DNA of 48,487 bases from Candidatus Saccharimonadota bacterium (GTDB taxonomy: Bacteria > Patescibacteriota > Saccharimonadia > Saccharimonadales > UBA7683), in assembly GCA_036848695.1 (NCBI GenBank), contig DAIUJM010000002.1, positions 1 through 48,487 of the forward strand. Reading direction: 5' to 3'. The position numbers were made by a program, and so were the translations under genes. Each line of letters begins with the position of its first letter. Position 1 is the stretch's first letter. Below are positions 28,593 to 37,654 of this stretch, piece after piece. Under the pieces are notes generated by a model. It did not search any database and was not told where the DNA came from. It was given only the letters and a program-made list of their open reading frames with translations.

Positions 28593-28621
28593 TTGACGTT
28601 GCAGGGTTAGATCGTTATAGT
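28593..28621 (+). promoter_or_regulatory. sigma70-type promoter (TTGACG-17 nt-TATAGT)
   Basis: -35 at 28593-28598, a 17-nt spacer, -10 at 28616-28621. ATG 28633 lies 11 nt downstream. Confidence 0.5.
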
Positions 28622-28632
28622 GGCGTCTTGTC

Positions 28633-28863
28633 ATGTTTGAAGATTTTGATACTACAAATTACGAATCAGGAACGGCGCCAACATCTGTTGAGCGTATTGT
28701 TAATGCCGCTCCACCGCTCGGTGTAGTTGCATATGTAGGAGCTGTAAGAAATCCGGACCGGATTTCTACCGAAGCGGTTTTAGACTGCGTTAAAAGTACC
28801 GGAGCTCAAGATCCGGTACTTGCACTGATCCGCGAAATGCGCGAGGCAGATACTACTCAGTAG
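28633..28863 (+). CDS. hypothetical protein (76 aa)
   Basis: ORF directly downstream of a canonical promoter. Confidence 0.4.
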   Translation: MFEDFDTTNYESGTAPTSVERIVNAAPPLGVVAYVGAVRNPDRISTEAVLDCVKSTGAQDPVLALIREMREADTTQ

Positions 28864-29491
28864 CTGCAGGGGTTTGAGAAAGAGTGTAGGTAAGGGTGGT
28901 TTTACCATCGGTTTGGCTGTAATTGATTACAGCGCTGTAAGGGTCTTTCTTTGCGATGATCATATTGTAGTCGCTGGAATTGCTTTCTGACTGGATTGCC
29001 CAAGATCCGGCGGCAAGTTGTTCTTTAACTTTTGGTGTAATTGTTGCAGGGCTGTCGCTGGTTTCAATTACAACCGTCCAGCTGGTATTTTCACCAACTT
29101 TAATACGGCTAGTGTTTGTGTACTTATTTGAATAGAGCGCGAGCGCTTCTTTAGGAAAATCTTCTGGTAAATCAGTACCAGTTTTAGTGCTGTATTCATT
29201 GCCGTCTTTGTCTTTAATGCTGACGTTGCCATCTTTGGTGTCCAGATCTACATCTACACCTTGAGACTTAGCAATATCTTCTACTATTTTTTCGCCACCA
29301 CGGTTGGCAACGTAGCCCACAAATATTGCGAACAAAATACCCGGTAAAATAAACAAGAAGAACACTACGACACCAAGAATGATGAATAGTTTCTTATTAC
29401 TCTTTTTTGCTGGTGCAGGCTGTGCGGTATTAGCCGTTTGGGCGGCTGGTTGTTCAGATGTTGATGCTGGCTCTTCATTGGTTGGTTTCAT
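28853..29491 (-). CDS. membrane-anchored hypothetical protein (212 aa)
   Basis: AAGGAG lies 7 nt upstream of ATG 29491. Low-complexity N-terminus, one TM helix, then an extracytoplasmic domain. Confidence 0.55.
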   Translation of the reverse strand: MKPTNEEPASTSEQPAAQTANTAQPAPAKKSNKKLFIILGVVVFFLFILPGILFAIFVGYVANRGGEKIVEDIAKSQGVDVDLDTKDGNVSIKDKDGNEYSTKTGTDLPEDFPKEALALYSNKYTNTSRIKVGENTSWTVVIETSDSPATITPKVKEQLAAGSWAIQSESNSSDYNMIIAKKDPYSAVINYSQTDGKTTLTYTLSQTPAATE

Positions 29492-29600
29492 GACTATTCT
29501 CCTTTTGCTTATTCTTAATAATATAATACGACTAACCTGCAACAAATGCGAGCCTGAGATAAGTGCTGTTAAATTTGTACGTATGTTTTATATAGATAAC

Positions 29601-30800
29601 TTAAATAGTGGCCATCTTCTTGGCTTGGCGCCATGTTTTAATGGCTTGCTTGTAAGGCTGGAAGTTCTTGAATATTTCTAGATCAGCCTGACGGCGAATT
29701 GCCCAGCCGGCGCGACCGGTAATTATGGTCCGGCCTTTTTCTACAACTGCCCAGTTGTTGCCAATAGTTACGACGTAGACTGGTTTTCTGGTGCGGTAGA
29801 TTTTACGTGGTTTGCCGGTTTGCGCTCGGATTAAGTTACGACTCACAAAGTTGGCGTCGTGCAGTGCGGTTTGTGCCATTCCGCTATAGCGGGTGTCGGC
29901 GTTATCGCCCAGTACGTAAACATCTTTTTGGCCTTGTACCTCTAGATAATCACCAACGGTTACGCGACCACCGCGACCTAGTGTGAAGACATCGGGGTGT
30001 GCGCTGTAAAAATCAACCGGTTTTGATCCTGCGGTCCAGATAATTAAATCAGCACCTAGATTGCCCGCGCTCATGCAGATAGTGCCAGATTCACAAGATT
30101 CGACCTTAATATTTAGGTGCATTTCTATATTAAGTGCCTGAAGGCGTTTAGCCGATTTGGCCGATGCTTTTGGTGAAAGAAGTGGTAGTACGCGATCAGA
30201 ACCTTCTATTAGAACTACTTTCACACGAGGCGTTTTAATACCATGCTTTTTGGCTACAAACTTGGCAAAGTCGGGAATTTCAGCAGCTAGTTCAACACCG
30301 GAAGCTCCAGCGCCGACCACGGCAATGCGTACTGGTTGCTGATGGGTTTCTTTAAATAGTTCTATTAATTGCTTTCTCAGGCGTATAGTACTGCCGATAT
30401 CATGCATGGTGGCGGTGTGTTGGGCGAGGCCATGAATGCCGAAGAAATTAACGGTGTTGCCGAGTGCAAATATTACTGAATCATATCTGTAGATGTTTCC
30501 GGTATCACTGGCAACCCGCTTCTTCTTGCTATCTAAAAAAGCCACTCTATCTAGAATAAGTTCAACATTTTCGGCTTTTTGAAATATATCTTTTAGGGGG
30601 ATAACAACTTCCATTGGCGAATGGCCGACAGCACTTCGGTACAGGGCTCCGTGGTATTCGAAATGGGTGTTATCTGAGATCAGTTGAACCGTAAAACCCG
30701 GTTTATTGGCAAGATTCAGGGCGGCTTTCACCCCGGCAAAACCACCGCCAACAATTACAACTTTATGAACTTTTTTCTTCCCACTCATTACTTTAATCAT
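29601..30800 (-). CDS. ndh: type II NADH dehydrogenase (NDH-2) / FAD-dependent pyridine nucleotide-disulfide oxidoreductase
   Basis: Two Rossmann GxGxxG motifs (VVIVGGGFAG and IAVVGAGASGVE) and the NDH-2-like GD motif VYVLGDNA. Confidence 0.8.
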   Translation of the reverse strand: MIKVMSGKKKVHKVVIVGGGFAGVKAALNLANKPGFTVQLISDNTHFEYHGALYRSAVGHSPMEVVIPLKDIFQKAENVELILDRVAFLDSKKKRVASDTGNIYRYDSVIFALGNTVNFFGIHGLAQHTATMHDIGSTIRLRKQLIELFKETHQQPVRIAVVGAGASGVELAAEIPDFAKFVAKKHGIKTPRVKVVLIEGSDRVLPLLSPKASAKSAKRLQALNIEMHLNIKVESCESGTICMSAGNLGADLIIWTAGSKPVDFYSAHPDVFTLGRGGRVTVGDYLEVQGQKDVYVLGDNADTRYSGMAQTALHDANFVSRNLIRAQTGKPRKIYRTRKPVYVVTIGNNWAVVEKGRTIITGRAGWAIRRQADLEIFKNFQPYKQAIKTWRQAKKMATI

Positions 30801-30941
30801 AACAAGTATAGTGGATAGTTGGTAGTTTGTAGTTTTTAGTCTCTACTCCGCATCTGGCCGCCATCCCGTGGTACGACCTTACCGTCCTATCGGCCAGACA
30901 GGCGGGCATGGGATCCAGCCGTATTGGCTCTGTCATTCCCA

Positions 30942-30987
30942 ACTTGCGGTGCCCCGAGAAGTATTTTTTCGGGGATTGGGAATCCAG
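30942..30987. repeat. nested hairpin repeat (gtcattcccaa ... ttgggaatccag)
   Basis: Outer stem cattcccaa/ttgggaatc, inner stem ccccga/tcgggg. The CAGACAGGCGGG motif (30896-30907) lies just upstream. Confidence 0.75.
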
Positions 30988-31261
30988 TTATAATAATCAT
31001 CTTTTCGCATCTTTTTATCACTTTTGACGCAAAAGTAATACAAAACATCAGCCATGGCCAAACAACTCGATATATCTCCGATACCATTTTCCCGCGTCGC
31101 ACCAATGACTAGCATCCCTCATATTGTATATAAATATGGATTCGGGCAAGGTGCTCCTTTATTCGGGAAAATGGCATCTCCGATATTCGGGTTTCTTTGG
31201 AATGGCTGGTGAATGTTGACAAGCTTCGCTTGAATCTAGGTCAGGATGACGGGACTTTGAT

Positions 31262-32053
31262 CTATTTACTCTTCGCCTGCTTCATATGCTCTAACGTCAG
31301 CTGTGTGCGAGCCTTCGCATATTCGCAGTGCTCACAGGGTCCACCCATTGCCGCGGTTCCCACAGCGGGCATTTCTTCGCTATCTAAACACGCCTTCATA
31401 TCTTTAATGGTTTGCTCGACCCATTCAGAATTACCGTTGTGTGCAAAAACGTGAGTCTCGAACTTTAAAATGTTATCGAACTTTTCGTGTGCCCAGCTAC
31501 CAGTTGCGTAGACAAAATAACCGGTGTTACTTACAGGAAAGCCATTTTTAGCCAGCAACCATTGGTAAACTTCCATCTGGCGGCGATAGGTATCGTGCCA
31601 GGAGCCTTCTTCTCTTAATTCTTTGACCGGCGCGTCTTTGGCAGTCGCTTTGTAGTCAACCACGATTAGCTCACCCTTAGGGTTCACCCAAACATCATCT
31701 ACCGCTCCAAAAATCAGTAAGTTTGCTTCTTCAAATAGGTACGAAACGCCAGAAAAATTGTGTCTCCAGGTATCCATTTCTTCATGCTGATATGGAATTG
31801 CGTCAACTTTGAATTGTTTCATTAACGGATGTGGTTGCTGCTTCTCCCGGTAAACATCGAATTCTTTTTTAAATAGCTCATCAATCGCTTTGTTAATGTT
31901 AAATGGTGGACTACTCGGGCGCTTAATTCCTTTTATTGCCTCTAGCCAGAAGCAACGCTGACATTGAGTAAAAAGTTCTATTTTTGAACGAGAAAGCCTA
32001 TACGGCGCAGTCGCTTTTTTGTTATATAAACCCCGGTATCCAATTTGTGACAT
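31262..32053 (-). CDS. PD-(D/E)XK nuclease family protein with Cas4/AddB-like cysteine cluster
   Basis: FGAVDDVW...LIVVDYKAT (D...D/ExK), N-terminal CQRC, and C-terminal C...CEHC cysteines. Start placed at MSQIGYRG because the longer ORF runs through a repeat. Confidence 0.65.
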   Translation of the reverse strand: MSQIGYRGLYNKKATAPYRLSRSKIELFTQCQRCFWLEAIKGIKRPSSPPFNINKAIDELFKKEFDVYREKQQPHPLMKQFKVDAIPYQHEEMDTWRHNFSGVSYLFEEANLLIFGAVDDVWVNPKGELIVVDYKATAKDAPVKELREEGSWHDTYRRQMEVYQWLLAKNGFPVSNTGYFVYATGSWAHEKFDNILKFETHVFAHNGNSEWVEQTIKDMKACLDSEEMPAVGTAAMGGPCEHCEYAKARTQLTLEHMKQAKSK

Positions 32054-32289
32054 GGTGTTAGTATATAGTTTCTTGTTACTAGGTTCTAGTATGGGAATAG
32101 TTCGCTGTTCGCAGATCAGACCATCGCGCCCGTGGTGGTCCCGCCTGTCTGATCGAGCCACCTGTCTTTCTGACAAGAAGGCCAGGCAGAACAGGCAGGC
32201 GGGACGGGGTGGACTGCCTGGGGTGCGGTGGCTTTGTCTAAGAACTAAGAACTACAAACTAAGAACTATCTCGGGGTATACTAAATACC

Positions 32290-33036
32290 ATGACTTTGAA
32301 GTTTGTGAAAAAGCAGAATGAAGTGGGCGATGTTTGGTCGTTCTTTTTTGAGTCGCTTGAGCCAGTTAATTTTGTTGCTGGGCAGTATTTAAATTTGACT
32401 ATGCCCAGTGTGCCACCGGCGGTTGCTGACCGGCTTTTTACTATTGCTTCTGCGCCAGACGAACCACTTCTACAGTTCACGACAATCATCGGCCCCAGTG
32501 ATTTTAAACAGAAGTTAAATTCACTAATAGCTGGTGAAGAAGCAGAGGCTGATCAACTTGGTGGCGATTTCATGTACGACATCCCGAATTGTGTCATCCC
32601 GACCAGAGTGGAGGGATCTGATAAATTGATAAAAAGCAGATCTCTCGACAAGCTCGAGATGACAAAAAGATTATTTATAGCCGGAGGAATCGGCATCACC
32701 CCGTACCTCAGTATGATTCGAGACTTAATCTATAAAAAACAACCAATCAACGCAACTCTTCTCTACGCCGGAAAAAATGAAAAGCGCCCGTTTGTCGAAG
32801 AGTTGAATAATGCCGTTAAAATTGATCCAACGTTGATCATTAAAGAGTATTCCGAAACTCGGTTAACTCTTGAGCAGTTAAAAAAAGACGTTCCCAATGT
32901 TGAACACTACATTGTCTACCTAGCTGGATCGCAAGCTTTTTCCGAAGCCATAGGTGAAGGTTTGATTGCAGACGGCTTCCCTCGCCAACAAATTAAATAC
33001 GACTACTTCGACGGATACGTTGATCTTGAATATTAG
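32290..33036 (+). CDS. ferredoxin-NADP reductase-like FAD/NAD-binding oxidoreductase carrying an in-frame repeat insertion
   Basis: RLFTIAS (an RxYS-type FAD motif), then GGDF, then LFIAGGIGITP (NAD-binding). An extra segment of about 24 aa (CVIPTRVEGSDKLIKSRSLDKLEMT) lies between the two domains. Confidence 0.65.
   Translation: MTLKFVKKQNEVGDVWSFFFESLEPVNFVAGQYLNLTMPSVPPAVADRLFTIASAPDEPLLQFTTIIGPSDFKQKLNSLIAGEEAEADQLGGDFMYDIPNCVIPTRVEGSDKLIKSRSLDKLEMTKRLFIAGGIGITPYLSMIRDLIYKKQPINATLLYAGKNEKRPFVEELNNAVKIDPTLIIKEYSETRLTLEQLKKDVPNVEHYIVYLAGSQAFSEAIGEGLIADGFPRQQIKYDYFDGYVDLEY
32593..32663. mobile_element. 71-nt MITE-like double-hairpin element (GTCATC...GATGAC ends) inside a CDS, reading frame preserved
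   Basis: gtcatcccgaccagagtggagggatc, a spacer, then gatctctcgacaagctcgagatgac. Same architecture as the intergenic copies at 27498 and 28520. Confidence 0.55.
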
Positions 33037-33057
33037 TAATGTTACAATTTTTAATTA

Positions 33058-33330
33058 ATGAAGAAGAAGCAAGCTAAAAAACAAGTAACTCATGCCCCGA
33101 CTAGCGCAGTAGCAACATTGGGCTTCTTCTTGGTAATTTTTGGTGCAGTCGTACAATTTTTATTCCTCGCGATAATGGTATTCAGTAGAACATTTGATTA
33201 TGTACTTTTATTTCCACTTGTACCTGTAGTAATGGGACTTGTTTTGATCAAGCTGTCTGGAGTTAACATTAAAACTGCGCTCCCCGGCATAGCGGAAAAC
33301 GTTCTTGGCCTTTTCTTCCCATTTCCGTAG
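33058..33330 (+). CDS. small membrane protein (90 aa)
   Basis: Basic N-terminus followed by three hydrophobic helices. Confidence 0.5.
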   Translation: MKKKQAKKQVTHAPTSAVATLGFFLVIFGAVVQFLFLAIMVFSRTFDYVLLFPLVPVVMGLVLIKLSGVNIKTALPGIAENVLGLFFPFP

Positions 33331-33453
33331 AACTGATTATTCAAAATTTGAAATTGTTTCAACTGCGGATCCTTCAAGGAAGTAGTTCATGACTTACTTA
33401 TCAGCTACTAGGACATAGAATTTTGGATTAGACTACACCAAGACTTACTTAAC

Positions 33454-34599
33454 TTACACTGTCTTTATTCGAAGGTTAACTAGATGTGCGTCATCTGGCC
33501 AGATTTCGTCGAATAATCCATTCGTAGAGGCCCATACTTCCATTTCGCCAGCAGACAATGCCGAGCCACGTAGCTGCAATGCTCGTATAATATACCGTGG
33601 CTGCTTAAGCGCCACTGCAATTTTTTCGGCTTCTGGGTATTCTCTTGGTAACGAGTGTTCTACAAGAAGGTAACGTGAAGTTTGTTGAACGAATGAGCTT
33701 ACGTCGTGCGGTCCGTCATGAGCAAAAAGTTTTGATGGAATGTTTCCCGCTAAAATCATATCCCATCTTGCTAATGCCTTTTCGTACGATTCCTGTTGCT
33801 GAATCACAGCTCTTCTATGTCTCTCCTGTTCAACAGTATCTTGAAAATCAGACAACTTGCCGAAATGATTTATTATACTCCTAGCCGAAGCTCCACGTTT
33901 ATTCTTAGATAACTTGTCGAATACGGTACGTGATGGTCTGGGTATATCATTTGCCTCAGCTACTTTTATGCCATAATCGATATAATCATCTTTATCCCAG
34001 GAGTGAATATTCGGGTAACCAAGATGTTCATGAAAATTTCTTAAGCTACCAAAGCGTGTGTAGATTAAAGAAGGACTTGGCCCTCGTCGATTTACAAAGT
34101 GTCTTTGCAGTGTTGCTTCGTCTGGTTTTTTACCACCTCGCTTGAGAACTACCTCTTGGCCATACGCTAAGAAGTCTCGGTTAGTCCAATCACTATATTT
34201 ACCACGACAGAAACCGCCGTCAAGTTCTGCTTCGTCATGGAAATTCCATAATGAACCAAATCGGATTTTGATGCGTTTAGGGTGTGGACCGAGACCTAGC
34301 TTATATGCGGTGATGTAATCTGCTCGAGTTGGTGTCGGGCTCTGCACAAAACCACTAATCCATTTTCCCCACCGCCTATAATCCTCTTTAGTCCAGTCGT
34401 CACAATTGTATTTTGCTGAATCATAACCATGAGTGATGGTATCATCTGCAAAGATATCACTAAGGGGAACGGTGTCACGCGGGTCAACACCGCACTCGAG
34501 CAGTTCCTCGGGAGATAGGCCGTCAATAAGCACACCCTCTTGTAAATCAAACATAGGGGTATGCTCTGGGCTTTGTTGTGTCTTATTGACGCGAGCCAT
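33454..34599 (-). CDS. protein with three tandem homing-endonuclease-associated (HNH_repeat-like) modules and no recognisable nuclease domain
   Basis: Three units of about 63 aa ending in RFGSLWNFHDEA, RFGSLRNFHEHL and HFGKLSDFQDTV. Each begins with a W-(T/D)-x-(E/R/D)-D-(Y/F) segment. Confidence 0.5.
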   Translation of the reverse strand: MARVNKTQQSPEHTPMFDLQEGVLIDGLSPEELLECGVDPRDTVPLSDIFADDTITHGYDSAKYNCDDWTKEDYRRWGKWISGFVQSPTPTRADYITAYKLGLGPHPKRIKIRFGSLWNFHDEAELDGGFCRGKYSDWTNRDFLAYGQEVVLKRGGKKPDEATLQRHFVNRRGPSPSLIYTRFGSLRNFHEHLGYPNIHSWDKDDYIDYGIKVAEANDIPRPSRTVFDKLSKNKRGASARSIINHFGKLSDFQDTVEQERHRRAVIQQQESYEKALARWDMILAGNIPSKLFAHDGPHDVSSFVQQTSRYLLVEHSLPREYPEAEKIAVALKQPRYIIRALQLRGSALSAGEMEVWASTNGLFDEIWPDDAHLVNLRIKTV

Positions 34600-34731
34600 A
34601 ATGATAAATATTTAATCATAAAATTGATAATATTACAACATTAAGGTTAATAAAAAATACAGCCGAGCGCAGTTTTGTTTTAGAGAGAAGCAATATATAC
34701 TTACACACACAAGGAATAAAGGAGTCATAAA

Positions 34732-35925
34732 ATGGCAGGAGCATCAGCGGCATATGAAGCGGCAGGAGTAAATCTAGAGGCAGGAGATAATGCGTCTGAC
34801 GCATTTTACAATATCACACAGCAATCATGGAGAAATCGTGCAGATGAATTTGGGGAGCCACAAGTGCTTGGTGAGGGCTTTCGTGGTGCACGTGGCGTAG
34901 ACCTTGGGCGATTGTTTGAGTTAAAAGAAAAGTTCCCAGACTTACAGGTAGGAAGATATAGCTGCGCTGACGGTGTGGGGAATAAACCTCGTGTTGCTGA
35001 AAGGGTCGATGACTTTTCTACCATAGGAATAGACCTGGCGGCAATGGTTGTTGATGACGCCGCAGCTGCTGGTGCAGAGCCAATTGGAATGACGAACATT
35101 CTTGTTGTTAATACGCTTGGGAAAAAATCAGATCACCCAAATAAAAAAGAGCGGATACGTAAGCGCGTTATTGATTTAGCGACGGGGCATGTGAAGGGTG
35201 CAAATCAATCAAAAACAGTTATAGAAAATGGTGAAATTGCTGAACACGGTGACCATGTAGGTGGCTATGGGGAGTTTCGAATTGATTGGACTGCTGTTGC
35301 AAATTATATGTTCCAGCCTGAGAGGATAATTGATGGAAAAAAGATCAAAGCTGGCGCTGCGGTAGTGGCACTTGCTGATGAAGGCTTTGGTTGTAATGGG
35401 TATAGCCTGTTGCTAAAGACTTTAGAACAGGTGCATGGACATGAATGGCATCACGTACCATTTGATGATCGCACAACATGGGGCGAAGAGGCGCTAAGAC
35501 CAACTCAGATATATGCCGGTTTGTTTACAGAACTTACCGGTGGCTGGAATCCAGAAAGAGCTCCTGCAGCAGATGTGCAAACGTTAGTCCACAACACTGG
35601 TGGGGGCATACCAGGTAAGTTTGGTTCTAAGCTGAAAGGAACTGGACTAGGGGTGGAATTAGACGACCTATTCGAGCTGAATCCTGCCATGGGAAAACTC
35701 CAAGAATATGCAGATATTGATGACGATGAGCTCTATAACGTGCTTCACGGTGGCCAGCGTGGGTTTGTGGTAACTTCCACACCTGATGTTGTTATGCACT
35801 GGGCTGCTATACGAGGTATTGCATCAAAAATTGCTGGAACAATTATCAGTAAACCAGAAATAATTATTCATTCTAAAGGAAGAAAACAATACGGTCAAAA
35901 GCTTACTTTTCCGACAAAAGATTAA
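34732..35925 (+). CDS. AIR synthase (PurM)-related protein
   Basis: N-terminal YEAAGVNLEAGD (compare PurM YKDAGVDIDAGN), DGVGNK, TIGIDLAAMVVDD..GAEP, and HNTGGG motifs. AAGGAG RBS. Confidence 0.65.
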   Translation: MAGASAAYEAAGVNLEAGDNASDAFYNITQQSWRNRADEFGEPQVLGEGFRGARGVDLGRLFELKEKFPDLQVGRYSCADGVGNKPRVAERVDDFSTIGIDLAAMVVDDAAAAGAEPIGMTNILVVNTLGKKSDHPNKKERIRKRVIDLATGHVKGANQSKTVIENGEIAEHGDHVGGYGEFRIDWTAVANYMFQPERIIDGKKIKAGAAVVALADEGFGCNGYSLLLKTLEQVHGHEWHHVPFDDRTTWGEEALRPTQIYAGLFTELTGGWNPERAPAADVQTLVHNTGGGIPGKFGSKLKGTGLGVELDDLFELNPAMGKLQEYADIDDDELYNVLHGGQRGFVVTSTPDVVMHWAAIRGIASKIAGTIISKPEIIIHSKGRKQYGQKLTFPTKD

Positions 35926-35961
35926 TAGCGGTGAAGCAAGAATTGAACTATACTAGCTAGT

Positions 35962-37047
35962 ATGGAAATGCTCTTGATTGTTTTGTTGGTGTTTGTGGTG
36001 CTGGGATTTATGGCTGTAATTTTTGTATTGAATAAGAAGCTTTCAGGCGTGGGTGATGACCAGGCTTCGCAGATGCTAAAAACAGATATAGATAATTTGA
36101 ATCGTGGGGTTGGGGAGCTTAAAGAAAGTCTTCAAGAAAATATCAGTCAAAAACTGCATCAGAATCAAGTGCAAACAAATGAATCTATTCAGCGCCAGTT
36201 TGCACAGTCGGCAAAGATAATTGCTGATGTTACTCAGCGCCTCACAAAGCTAGACGAAACAAACAGGCGAGTGGTAGATGTTGCTGATGAGCTCAAGACT
36301 TTGCAAAATGTTCTGCAAAACCCAAAACAGCGCGGTGTAGTAGGGGAATATTATCTACAATCAGTTCTTGAAAACGTTATGCCCCCCGGTAAATTTCAGA
36401 TGCAGTATAAGTTTGAAGACGGCGAAACGGTAGATGCGGTTATATTTTTAGATCGCAATCAAGTTTTACCGATAGATTCTAAGTTTAGCCTAGAAAATTA
36501 TAATCGCTTGATTGAAGAAGGTGACAAGGCCACCAAAGAGGCAATTGTTAAAAAGTTCAAAGTAGATCTGAAGAATCGTATAGACGAAACAAGTAAATAT
36601 ATTCGCCCGAACGAGAACACTATGGATTTTGCCTTCATGTTTATACCTTCGGAATCTTTGTATTACGACTTACTAATAAACAAGGTCGGTACTACGGCAA
36701 CAAATTCCAGAGATCTTATTGAATACGCCTTTCAAGAAAAACATGTAATTATTGTCAGCCCAACTAGCTTCATGGCCTACCTCCAGACGGTTCTACAGGG
36801 TCTCAGAAGCCTTCAGATTGAAGAGCAGGCTAAAGATATACAAAAGCGTGTCGGCGAGCTTGGGCGGCACATTGGTGCCTACGACGCGTTTATGCAAAAG
36901 CTTGGTGGTAGCTTAGGTACTACCGTCAACCATTACAACAATGCCCACAAAGAACTCAAGAAGATCGACAAAGATATAGTAAAGATCGCCCAAACTACAC
37001 CGTCAATAGAACCACTGCTCATCGAAAAACCGACCGAAGATGAATAG
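35962..37047 (+). CDS. rmuC: DNA recombination protein RmuC
   Basis: N-terminal TM helix, coiled coil, and conserved RmuC core (QRGVVGEYYL, DAVIFLD..LPIDSKF, FMFIPSESLY). Confidence 0.85.
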   Translation: MEMLLIVLLVFVVLGFMAVIFVLNKKLSGVGDDQASQMLKTDIDNLNRGVGELKESLQENISQKLHQNQVQTNESIQRQFAQSAKIIADVTQRLTKLDETNRRVVDVADELKTLQNVLQNPKQRGVVGEYYLQSVLENVMPPGKFQMQYKFEDGETVDAVIFLDRNQVLPIDSKFSLENYNRLIEEGDKATKEAIVKKFKVDLKNRIDETSKYIRPNENTMDFAFMFIPSESLYYDLLINKVGTTATNSRDLIEYAFQEKHVIIVSPTSFMAYLQTVLQGLRSLQIEEQAKDIQKRVGELGRHIGAYDAFMQKLGGSLGTTVNHYNNAHKELKKIDKDIVKIAQTTPSIEPLLIEKPTEDE

Positions 37048-37558
37048 AATAGTTATTCTCGGCAATTCTGGTACTGGCAAAAGTACGCTTGCCAGAGAGC
37101 TTTCGAGTCTACTGAATATTCCCGTCTACCACACTGATAAGATCTATCACACGACTCAGTGGCCGGATAACGAGTCTGAAAAAATTAAGATATGGGAAGA
37201 GAAGCTGAAAAAACCGTTGAGCGAAAGTAGCTGGATCTTCGATGGCGGTAACAGAAGAATGCTTGATCTTAAGTTAAGCAAGGCTGACACAGTAATATTT
37301 TTAGATTACAACAGGCTGATTAGCTTCCAGCACCTAATTAAACGAAGATTCATGTACCGTAATACCAAACGCCCTGATATGCCTGACGATTGGCAAGAAA
37401 AAATAGATCTGAAATTTTGGAAGCTTGTATGGAACTTTAATAATAAATATCGTCCAGGCATAATAGAAGCGATAGATCGGCACCGCGGGGATCTAGATGT
37501 ATTTGTCTTTAAATCTCCAAGACAAACCAAAGCATTCGTTAACTCATATAAAAATTAA
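37040..37558 (+). CDS. P-loop NTPase/kinase (adenylate-kinase-like, topology-modulation-protein type)
   Basis: RIVILGNSGTGKSTLAREL at the N-terminus. 172 aa. 8 nt overlap with rmuC. Confidence 0.55.
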   Translation: MNRIVILGNSGTGKSTLARELSSLLNIPVYHTDKIYHTTQWPDNESEKIKIWEEKLKKPLSESSWIFDGGNRRMLDLKLSKADTVIFLDYNRLISFQHLIKRRFMYRNTKRPDMPDDWQEKIDLKFWKLVWNFNNKYRPGIIEAIDRHRGDLDVFVFKSPRQTKAFVNSYKN

Positions 37559-37654
37559 TCATAAGTTTACTTTCTATCTTGGACTAACATGAATAGATGT
37601 TGGTATCTGAGGAGGTATATTGCAAAAGAACGTAGAAAACGTCAATATATCTAA

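Noticed and set aside
31262-32176. Full 304-aa version of the Cas4-like ORF.
   Set aside because: The first 41 codons run through the CCCGCCTGTCTG repeat region. The internal Met at 32053 gives a protein starting just before the conserved N-terminal Cys motif.
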